Shown here: positions 56,556 through 64,000 of the stretch, one piece after another
Layout of the letters: each line of letters starts with the position of its first letter
Position numbering within the stretch: the first letter of the stretch is position 1
Assembly (NCBI GenBank): GCA_045106895.1
Contig: JBGCFM010000149.1
Location: forward strand, 1 to 64,000
Length of the DNA stretch: 64,000 nt
Direction: 5' to 3'
Origin: Polyangiales bacterium
GTDB lineage: Bacteria; Myxococcota_A; Polyangia; Polyangiales; Houyiibacteriaceae
Translations under genes and position numbers: made by a program
Notes under the pieces: model-generated
Told to the model about the DNA's origin: nothing
The model's input: only the letters and a program-made list of their open reading frames with translations
The model's database searches: none

Positions 56556-57437
56556 ATGAGCACAGACAAGAGTGAGATGCAGGTTCGGTTTTGGGGCGTA
56601 CGCGGGAGCATCGCGGTGCCGGGGGAAAGCACACGCCAGATAGGCGGCAACACGAGCTGCGTGGAAGTTCAATGTGGCGACGCGCGTTTCATCCTCGACT
56701 CGGGGACCGGGATTCGTGGTCTCGGCGCGGCGCTCGCGAAGGAAGGGGCGGAGGAGTCGACGTTGCTTCTAAGTCACTTGCATTGGGACCACATTCAGGG
56801 CTTCCCCTTCTACGCTCCGCTCTATTCCTCAGCGCACAGGCTCCGTGTCCTTGGCGGAGGCACCCCAGAGCTCGGCGTCCGAGACGCGCTCTCTCTTCAG
56901 ATGAAGCCCCCGACCTTCCCCGTGCTCTTCGACGAGCTCCCATGCCGCATCGAATCGCGCACGGTGCGCCACGGACTCTCCATCAACTACGACGGGGTGG
57001 AGATTCAGTGCGCAAAACTCAACCACCCTGGCGGCGGGGTCTTCGCCTACAGGCTCAACTACGCAGGCAAGAGCGTCGTGTACGCGACAGACACCGAACA
57101 CTACGGATGCGTCGACCCCACGCTGCGACGCCTCGCGATGAACGCGGATGTTCTCATCTACGACTCGCAGTATACGCCTGGGGAGTACTGCGGCGACGAA
57201 GGCCCGGCGCGAACCGGTTGGGGACACTCCACCTTTGAAGCCGGCGCCGCCCTCGCACACGCCGCGCAGGTCTCGCGCTACGTGCTCTTTCACCACGACC
57301 CCGCCCGCGATGACGAAGGAGTGATGGCCATCGAAGAGCGCGCTCAAGGCCTCTTCGAGCGCGCCACCGCAGCGCGGGAAGGCTTGTGCCTCGACGTCGG
57401 GCGCGACGGAGAATTCGTCACGGGAGCCGCCGCCTGA
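56556..57437 (+). CDS. metallo-beta-lactamase-fold hydrolase
   Basis: VRFWGVRGS, GGNTSC, SHLHWDHIQG (HxHxDH), GWGHS, FHHDP. Confidence 0.9.
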   Translation: MSTDKSEMQVRFWGVRGSIAVPGESTRQIGGNTSCVEVQCGDARFILDSGTGIRGLGAALAKEGAEESTLLLSHLHWDHIQGFPFYAPLYSSAHRLRVLGGGTPELGVRDALSLQMKPPTFPVLFDELPCRIESRTVRHGLSINYDGVEIQCAKLNHPGGGVFAYRLNYAGKSVVYATDTEHYGCVDPTLRRLAMNADVLIYDSQYTPGEYCGDEGPARTGWGHSTFEAGAALAHAAQVSRYVLFHHDPARDDEGVMAIEERAQGLFERATAAREGLCLDVGRDGEFVTGAAA

Positions 57438-57472
57438 GTCCTGGCGGGCCCAATGCTATGCTCGGCGCGCCG

Positions 57473-58939
57473 ATGCATCGCCTCTCCCTCCTCGTCGATC
57501 TCGCCTCACTCCTCACCCGAGAAGTCGGCATTGACGCACTCCTCGACATCGCCGGACAGCGCCTCGCCAGCGCGATGGACGCACAGCGCGCGACGCTCTG
57601 GCTCGTCGATGCAAGCGACGGCTCCCTCGTCAGCCGCGTCGCGGTGTTGCCGGAACGTAACGACAGCCTGCGCCTCGCGCGCGGTCAAGGGGTCGCAGGT
57701 CATGTCGCAGAAAGCGGCGAGATGCTCTGCGTCAACGATGTCGCCAAGAGCGAACTCTTCGACGGCTCCATCGACGCATCCACCGGTTTTGAGACAAAGA
57801 GCATTCTCGCCGCCCCGGTTCGCGCCCACGCAGGCGCGCCGATTCGGGGCGTGGTCCAGGTGCTGAACAAACGCGATGGTCAGTTTGATGACGAGGACGC
57901 GAAGTACCTCACTGCCCTGGCCGTTCAGTTTGAACAGGTCCTTGCGCTGACGACGCTGCGCGCCGACGACGACGAGGCGCCGGGCGTCGTTCTGCGCGGT
58001 CCAATCAACCACATCGTAGGGCGAAGCGCGGTGATGGAGGGCGTGTACGAGACCGTCATGCTCTGCGCGGAGACCGACGCGAGCGTGCTCCTCCGCGGCG
58101 AGACCGGCACCGGCAAGACGATGTTGGCCCGCGCGATTCACGTAAACTCGCAGCGAAGCGCTGGCCCTTTTGTCACCGTCGACTGCACGACCATTCCCGG
58201 AGAGCTCGCGGCGAGCGAGCTCTTTGGTCACGAGCGTGGTTCGTTTACCGGCGCTGAGAGGCGCGTCCTTGGAAAGGTCGAGTTAGCGAACGAAGGCACG
58301 CTCTTTCTTGATGAAGTCGGCGAGCTTCCCCTTCGTAACCAAGCGCAACTCCTCCGCTTTCTACAGGAGCGCTCCTTTGAACGCGTCGGAGGACGGGAAA
58401 CCCTCAGCGCCAACGTTCGGGTTTGCTGCGCGACGCATGTGGACCTCGAAGCGCGTGTAAAGGCCGGTCTCTTTCGTGAGGATCTTTACTATCGCATCCG
58501 CGTCGTCGAGCTCAACGTGCCGCCGCTTCGAAAGCGCGGCGACGAAGACATCGTCCACCTCGCTCAACACTTCGCCGACAAGTACGCACGACGTTACGGA
58601 CGCCCACGCCCCCTCCTGAGCGAGCGCGCGATGGTGGGACTGCGCGCCTACGCCTGGCCGGGGAACGTCCGCGAGCTCGAACATTGGATCGAGAGTCGCG
58701 TGGTCCTAGAGCGCGACGGAACCATCGACTCTGTCCCCGAAGAACGTGCCGCGCTCATACCCACGGACGCCCGTGGGCCTATGGACGGCGTGAGCCTGCC
58801 CCATGGCCTCACCCTCGCCGAAGCATCGCAGCGCTATGTTCAAGCGAGCGTCGAGCGCCACGAGGGCGTCAAATCCCAGGCGGCGACGTCGCTTGGCGTC
58901 TCCCGAAACACCGTCGCGCGTATTCTCAAGGGCGAGTAG
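57473..58939 (+). CDS. GAF-domain sigma-54-dependent transcriptional activator
   Basis: GAF domain with VQVLNKRDGQFDDED; Walker A GETGTGKT; GSFTGA; WPGNVREL; C-terminal Fis-type HTH. Confidence 0.93.
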   Translation: MHRLSLLVDLASLLTREVGIDALLDIAGQRLASAMDAQRATLWLVDASDGSLVSRVAVLPERNDSLRLARGQGVAGHVAESGEMLCVNDVAKSELFDGSIDASTGFETKSILAAPVRAHAGAPIRGVVQVLNKRDGQFDDEDAKYLTALAVQFEQVLALTTLRADDDEAPGVVLRGPINHIVGRSAVMEGVYETVMLCAETDASVLLRGETGTGKTMLARAIHVNSQRSAGPFVTVDCTTIPGELAASELFGHERGSFTGAERRVLGKVELANEGTLFLDEVGELPLRNQAQLLRFLQERSFERVGGRETLSANVRVCCATHVDLEARVKAGLFREDLYYRIRVVELNVPPLRKRGDEDIVHLAQHFADKYARRYGRPRPLLSERAMVGLRAYAWPGNVRELEHWIESRVVLERDGTIDSVPEERAALIPTDARGPMDGVSLPHGLTLAEASQRYVQASVERHEGVKSQAATSLGVSRNTVARILKGE

Positions 58940-58955
58940 CGCGGCCTCGCGGAGT

Positions 58956-59918
58956 CTAAGCGACGAGGGCCCTCGCCAGGGCCTCGATGCTCGCGGGTGA
59001 ACATCCCTCCGCCTTGTTGTTGACGATGACAAACGCCGGGCTCTGGGATTCGAGGGCGAGACGGATCAAACGGAGAGCGTCGTCGCGCATCTGCGGCTGG
59101 GGTTTCACGATCTTGTCGAAGGGTTTGTAGGCCTCCTTCATCGTGGCGTAGGAGCCGCCGCGCGGAAGCATGAGGCGCGCCACGGTCACCGGCCCGACGC
59201 GACTGCCCATCCACTCCAGCTGCTTCCCGATGGAGGGCATATGCGACCAGGCGTTGAACACATGAGAGGCGCCGTGAGCGCGGAGGGTCTCGGCGTAGCG
59301 TTCGGAAAAGAGCCGTTCATCACGCAGCTCAAAGGCAAAGTCGTGGCTGTAACCCTTATCTCGGGCGGCGCCCAAGAAGCGCGCGACGGCGTCGGCAAAG
59401 CCGCGCGCATTCACCGGTCCGGGGCTCGGGGGCACCTCCACCACAAACGGCCCAGCGTGAGGGGCAAAGGCTTCGCGATAGGGAGCGTAGACGCTGGCAA
59501 AGAGGTCTGGGTCCAGGAACTTTCGGTTTACCTGTCCGGCCCGCGCGTGGTGCCGTGGAAAGATGCGCGTGGTGATCTCCGACCAGACCTTGGACACGCA
59601 GACGAAGTCGTCGGGCAGCATGGCTGCGTAGGCGTTGAGGGTCTCCGCGTCGACGGGCGCGTAATAGCTGCGGTCGATGCCCACGGTTCGGAAGAGCGGG
59701 TACTCGGCGTACTCGCGAAGGGAGCCTTGAACGAACGCCTTCTTGTTCTTGTACGTACGGTGGTAAACGCGGTCCGCCCACCCCTCGAAGGTCCAGCTGG
59801 ACGTCCCAAATCGCACGCCGGGTGGGATTGCCCGCCCGAGCCCCCGAAGGTCCGCCAGCGGATCGACGCTGGGGCGCGCGGAAAAGAGCCCAAGCTGGCC
59901 ATCTCCGAAGAGCGACAC
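58956..59918 (-). CDS. DUF72 family protein
   Basis: GTSSWTFEGW, TVGIDRSYY, AFELR, VNNKAEG. GTG start at 59918 inferred. Confidence 0.85.
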   Translation of the reverse strand: MSLFGDGQLGLFSARPSVDPLADLRGLGRAIPPGVRFGTSSWTFEGWADRVYHRTYKNKKAFVQGSLREYAEYPLFRTVGIDRSYYAPVDAETLNAYAAMLPDDFVCVSKVWSEITTRIFPRHHARAGQVNRKFLDPDLFASVYAPYREAFAPHAGPFVVEVPPSPGPVNARGFADAVARFLGAARDKGYSHDFAFELRDERLFSERYAETLRAHGASHVFNAWSHMPSIGKQLEWMGSRVGPVTVARLMLPRGGSYATMKEAYKPFDKIVKPQPQMRDDALRLIRLALESQSPAFVIVNNKAEGCSPASIEALARALVA

Positions 59919-59923
59919 GGTGG

Positions 59924-60796
59924 TCAGTAGCGCTGGTAGGAGCGAATGGTCGCGAGGAGCATCCGCTCTCGTGAGTGGGCGACCTGGGCACTCCGGTGAC
60001 GCTCCCGCGCCTGACGGCTCGCCTCCTTCTCCTTCTCCGTTCGGACGGCGTTGCCAAGCTGAACTTCTTCGCCGGCGGCGTACTGCGCATCGGCTCGTTC
60101 GCCGATGGCAAAGCGAGACGCCGCCCGAACCGCGTTCTCTTCGGCGCGTTTCATCCACACTCCGCCGCAGCACTTTGCGAAGTGTACATCCACGGAAGTG
60201 CCGAGCAGACCAGGCTTGTACAAGTCCATGTCCTGTGCGCACTCGGGACAGGAAAGCTCGCTTGGCCCTTCCTTCGGCGCAGCCCACGGCGCCTCGGCAA
60301 AGAGCGCCTCTGTGTCGATGTTTGAGAGTTCGGCTTCGCCGGGCCCGAGGAACATCGAAGCACATGCGACGCATTCGTCGACGGTCACCTCATGAAACTG
60401 CCGCAGCGTCAAAGACGCCGAGCACGATGGACATGCGAGTTTGGCCGGCCGGTCCGTTGGCTTCAGAGGTGAAGAAGGCGCCTGCGCCATCGCGTATCCT
60501 TCGCCAGCGTCGAGGTAGATTCCGCCGCAACACGCACTGCGCTCGATCTCGATATCTTCGCCGCCGGGTGTCTTCACGCGAAACGTGGTCATGGGCTTGT
60601 CGTGGTCTGGACAGACTCGCGTGGATTGCCCCGCGGGACGGGCGCCGAAACCAAAGAGCATGCCTGCATCGACGTTGATGACGCTTCCTTCATCCGCATC
60701 AAGGAACACCCCAGCGCACTTCGGACAGGAGTCGATTTCGGTTCCATGAACGTTCATCACTTTCATGGGCGTCTGACATCCGGGGCATTTTCTCAT
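59924..60796 (-). CDS. protein with four zf-TFIIB-like zinc ribbons
   Basis: CPGC..CPKC.GVFLD, CPDH..CC.GIYLD, CPSC..CVAC, CPEC..CC.GVW. Confidence 0.8.
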   Translation of the reverse strand: MRKCPGCQTPMKVMNVHGTEIDSCPKCAGVFLDADEGSVINVDAGMLFGFGARPAGQSTRVCPDHDKPMTTFRVKTPGGEDIEIERSACCGGIYLDAGEGYAMAQAPSSPLKPTDRPAKLACPSCSASLTLRQFHEVTVDECVACASMFLGPGEAELSNIDTEALFAEAPWAAPKEGPSELSCPECAQDMDLYKPGLLGTSVDVHFAKCCGGVWMKRAEENAVRAASRFAIGERADAQYAAGEEVQLGNAVRTEKEKEASRQARERHRSAQVAHSRERMLLATIRSYQRY

Positions 60797-60839
60797 GGCA
60801 CCATCCTCCGGCGATGCCGCGCGTTGTGCAACCCCTTAG

Positions 60840-61934
60840 TCAGCGCAGGTAGCGCTCTACATTCGCATTGTGCGTGTCCAGGTCTGCGGCGAACGCGTGG
60901 CGGCCGCCCCCACGAGCGACGAAATAGAGGTAGTCGTGAGGCGCGGGCGAAAGAACCGCTTCTATCGCGTCCGCGCCCGGGTTTGCGATGGGCCCCGGCG
61001 GGAGTTCTCCATGGCGGTAGGTGTTGTAGCGGTTGGCGCTGTCGCCCAGCATCGCCCGCGAGATCCGGCCTTCGTACCCTTCACACGACGGCGCACGTTC
61101 CGGCTCCGCAAGGCATCCATACGCGACGGTGGGATCGGCCTGGAGACGATGAAGCGGACGAAAGGTCTCCGAGCGCAGTCGATTTAGGAACACGCCGGCG
61201 ATGATGGCCCTCTCGGCGGCGACGCCGGCCTCACGCTCCACGACGCTGGCCAGCACGAGAACGTCGTGGCGATCCATGCCGAGTTCTTCCTCCAGCGATG
61301 CGAGGGCGCCTGCGTGTCGCTCAAACACAGCTTCGGTGCGCGTCGTGTAGTTGGCGTAGAGTCGGCCCACGACGTCTTCCGCGTCGGTGGCCTCGCGAAG
61401 CTCGTAGGTATCTGGGAATAGATAACCTTCGCGACTTGGCGCCTCCACGTTCGGGGGCGGCGCCGAGGTGGCGACGAGGAACTCAGCCTCCCCGCAGATG
61501 CTCTGCTCTTCGAGGAGCCGCGCGATGTCGAAGCGCGTCTGTCCTTCGGGGATCACCACGCGCCTCGGCACCGGGCCTCGCCCGTGGGTGATACGCCGGA
61601 CAATCTCTTCCGGCGACAGGTTCCGTGCGAGCAGAACCCGCCCGTCACGAAGCTGCGAGCTGCCGGTGACGAGGCGGTGATACGCGGCGTAGACGAAGGC
61701 GGATTCGATGACCTTTTCTTCGGCGAGGCCCTCCGACACCTCCTCGAGGCTACCGCTCATCTCAAACTCAAAGGAACGCCCGGGGCCGTCCATGGCTCGA
61801 CCCGGGTACACGATGAGAAGGTATGCGATCGCCGCGAGCGCCGCGAAGACCGCAACGACGAGGACCATACGAAGCGCCCGCAACGGAGTGGAGCCCTTCC
61901 GCTGGCTCTTACGACGCTTTTTCTTCTTAGCCAT
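60840..61934 (-). CDS. mltG: endolytic transglycosylase MltG
   Basis: IPEG, EGYLFPDTY, LASVVERE, LQADPT, YNTY, LPPGPIANPG, YLYFVA. Confidence 0.95.
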   Translation of the reverse strand: MAKKKKRRKSQRKGSTPLRALRMVLVVAVFAALAAIAYLLIVYPGRAMDGPGRSFEFEMSGSLEEVSEGLAEEKVIESAFVYAAYHRLVTGSSQLRDGRVLLARNLSPEEIVRRITHGRGPVPRRVVIPEGQTRFDIARLLEEQSICGEAEFLVATSAPPPNVEAPSREGYLFPDTYELREATDAEDVVGRLYANYTTRTEAVFERHAGALASLEEELGMDRHDVLVLASVVEREAGVAAERAIIAGVFLNRLRSETFRPLHRLQADPTVAYGCLAEPERAPSCEGYEGRISRAMLGDSANRYNTYRHGELPPGPIANPGADAIEAVLSPAPHDYLYFVARGGGRHAFAADLDTHNANVERYLR

Positions 61935-62367
61935 TCGCCCGCGCATCCAAGAACGACTGGAGAAGAATCGTCGCCGCCGTGGCATCGACGACGTGCCGCT
62001 GCTTGCGGGAGGACATCCCCATCGAGCGGAGGGCCCCTTCGGCGGCGAGAGTCGACATTCGCTCGTCCCAGTAGTGCACCTCAACGCCCATCTTCGCCGA
62101 CAGGGCCGTGCCGAAGCGACGGACGCGCTTCGATGCCGTGCTCTCCCGGCCATCAAGCCGGAGCGGCAGCCCCATCACGATATCTACCACCACATTCCCT
62201 TCTTCGAGTGTCCGTTCGAGGTGCGCGGTGAGGTCTACGGCGGTTTTCTCGTCATTCCCTGTTCTTTCGAACACGCCAAGGGGGAGCGCGACTGTGCCCG
62301 CCGCGTCATCGCTCAAGGCGAGGCCGACTCGCTTCCTACCGGGGTCGACGCCAAGGATCCGAGACAC
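61927..62367 (-). CDS. ruvX: YqgF/RuvX family nuclease
   Basis: ILGVDPGRKRVGLALSD, GLPL, DERMST, VDATAATILLQSFLD. Confidence 0.95.
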   Translation of the reverse strand: MSRILGVDPGRKRVGLALSDDAAGTVALPLGVFERTGNDEKTAVDLTAHLERTLEEGNVVVDIVMGLPLRLDGRESTASKRVRRFGTALSAKMGVEVHYWDERMSTLAAEGALRSMGMSSRKQRHVVDATAATILLQSFLDARANG

Positions 62368-62454
62368 GCCCTGCTCTACCCCGGAATCTCTGCGGCGCCA
62401 AGAGCTTGCTCAGAACGTGACAGACCGCAATCGCACATCGGGGTAAGGTGTCAC

Positions 62455-64000
62455 ATGGCCTATTCCCACGCGCGGACTTTCCTGGCGCTCACCTCGCTCC
62501 TTTTCATCGTCGCTTGTGACGGCTGTGACGACACCAACCCGTCCGGTGACGCGGGTTCAGACGCCGGACCGGACGCGGTGGTGGTCACCGACGACGTAGG
62601 GGTGGATGCAGAATCTGATGCGGGGCCGCCCCCTCCGCCGCCCCCAGCGCCTTTCACCGAGGTGGAGCTCGACGGCCAGTTCCGCATCCCTGAGCTGACG
62701 GCGGCGGCCCACGTCGTGCGCACCGAGCAATTCGTCCCTCACGTGTACGCGGAGAATGATCTCGACGCGCGGCGCGTTCTTGGCTTCGTCATCGCGCGGG
62801 ACCGGTACTTCCAGCTCGACGTCGTCGCGCGCCTCTCCCAAGGTCTCATCACAGAGCTCCTCGGAGACGTAGGCCTAGCGAGCGACATCCAGAGCCGCAT
62901 GACCGGCAGCGACGTACTCACGCAGCTCTACCTCGATGCCCTCACGGAAGAGGAAGGCGCCCAGGTCGACGCCTTCGTCGAAGGCATCAACGCATACGCC
63001 ACGGCAGCACGGGCCGGCGACCTCCCGCCTCCAAGTGAGTACTCACTCGTGTTCGCCCTCATCGGCGCTCCCAGCGCCCAGTCTTTGATCCGTGACTGGA
63101 CCCGTCGCGACGTCATGGCGCTCGTGGCTACGATGACCTTTCAGACGGGCTTCGAGACCAAGGGCCCGGGGCGCGCCGCGGCCCTCGCCGACATCGACGA
63201 GCACTTCCCGAGCGCGCCGGATCGTGACTTGCGCATGGCGGGCCTCATGGATATCGTCGACCGCTGGGCTCCGCCTCGTCCCACGGCTTCCGCAGCAGGT
63301 TTCGGCGTCGATGGAACCGCCATCGCGCGACGACCCATCACTGCGCTTCGACCTCCCGGCACGCAGGCCATCCCGCCGCTCAAGGTCGAGGGTCATGCCC
63401 TTGGACGACTGCTCACCCGCCTCCAGCAGTACCGCGAGCGCCTGCATCCCCAGGACCTCGAAGGTTGGGGCTCCAACGTCTGGGCGGTCATGGGCTCGGC
63501 GACGCCCGACGGTCGCGCGCTCCTGGCAGGAGACGGTCACCTACAGCTGAGCATCCCTTCGCTCATGTGGGAGTACGGAATGGACACGGAGCTGATGGGC
63601 GACGAAGACCCCATCACCGTGGCCGGTGTCACCCTCATCGGCACACCCGGCATCGCCACTGGAACCAACGGTCGCGTCGCTTGGGGCGGAACAAACTTCG
63701 TCACAGACGTGACCGACTGGTACAGCGAAGAGCTCAAGCTGGACGACGATGGAATGCCTGTATCTTCGGTATTCCAGGGGGAAGACCGTCCCCTCAGCCG
63801 CGTCGAAGAGGTGTACGACGTGCGTGGCGTCGCGCTCCTCGAGAGCGTGGAACGGACGCTCACGCTCAGCCGCTGGACAACCTTCGATGGGCGCATGATC
63901 ACCGCCATCGAAGGGCGCGCCGCCACCGAAGACGAAGTCGTCGGCGACGGCGAAGTCTTGGTCAACGTCATGGGCGACTGGATCGTTCCCGGCGACGAAG
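62455..64000 (+). CDS. penicillin acylase family (S45) lipoprotein, partial (runs off the right edge)
   Basis: Not in the ORF track. Translated by hand from ATG at 62455: lipobox IVAC, VPHVYAEND, ARDRYFQLD, beta-chain start GSNVWAV, LLAGDGHL. Confidence 0.9.
   Translation, partial: MAYSHARTFLALTSLLFIVACDGCDDTNPSGDAGSDAGPDAVVVTDDVGVDAESDAGPPPPPPPAPFTEVELDGQFRIPELTAAAHVVRTEQFVPHVYAENDLDARRVLGFVIARDRYFQLDVVARLSQGLITELLGDVGLASDIQSRMTGSDVLTQLYLDALTEEEGAQVDAFVEGINAYATAARAGDLPPPSEYSLVFALIGAPSAQSLIRDWTRRDVMALVATMTFQTGFETKGPGRAAALADIDEHFPSAPDRDLRMAGLMDIVDRWAPPRPTASAAGFGVDGTAIARRPITALRPPGTQAIPPLKVEGHALGRLLTRLQQYRERLHPQDLEGWGSNVWAVMGSATPDGRALLAGDGHLQLSIPSLMWEYGMDTELMGDEDPITVAGVTLIGTPGIATGTNGRVAWGGTNFVTDVTDWYSEELKLDDDGMPVSSVFQGEDRPLSRVEEVYDVRGVALLESVERTLTLSRWTTFDGRMITAIEGRAATEDEVVGDGEVLVNVMGDWIVPGDE

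Noticed and set aside
59919..60374. N-terminal extension of the DUF72 ORF, and similar extensions on glyA, coaBC, TolC, mltG and 13131..14594
   Set aside because: Arg-rich readthrough overlapping real genes; an artefact of choosing the longest ORF in high-GC DNA.

Overview
High-GC, gene-dense bacterial chromosome segment, most likely Myxococcota (inference from a MYXO-CTERM-like sorting tail, two Hanks-type Ser/Thr kinases, many Cys/Asp-rich lipoproteins and a sigma-54 activator). It carries about 55 supportable CDS and 3 tRNAs (Asp-GTC, Glu-CTC, Gln-CTG). Housekeeping genes include glyA, coaBC, a Sua5/YciO protein, apaG, a sulfite/nitrite reductase, asd, truA, glpD, cysC, mltG and ruvX. I found no transposase, integrase, prophage or CRISPR-Cas. 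The best leads are: (1) a translationally coupled glpD - sulfotransferase - GT-like/sulfotransferase fusion - ABC exporter operon divergent from cysC; (2) a family of structured intergenic repeats (two 103-bp hairpins with G.T-only outer mismatches plus a 71-bp tandem array sharing a GC-GAN-stem-GA-GC motif); (3) a PstS-like protein/HisKA_3/NarL module with tandem palindromes in front of a TonB receptor operon; (4) a sigma-54 promoter driving an MBL hydrolase and a GAF-domain activator; (5) a degenerate macrodomain fused to a Tudor-like tail; (6) a nuclease-less type ISP-like methyltransferase; and (7) a recurring TANNNT hexamer 5-8 nt before start codons, suggesting leaderless mRNAs. All family assignments come from motif recognition by eye; no database search was run.
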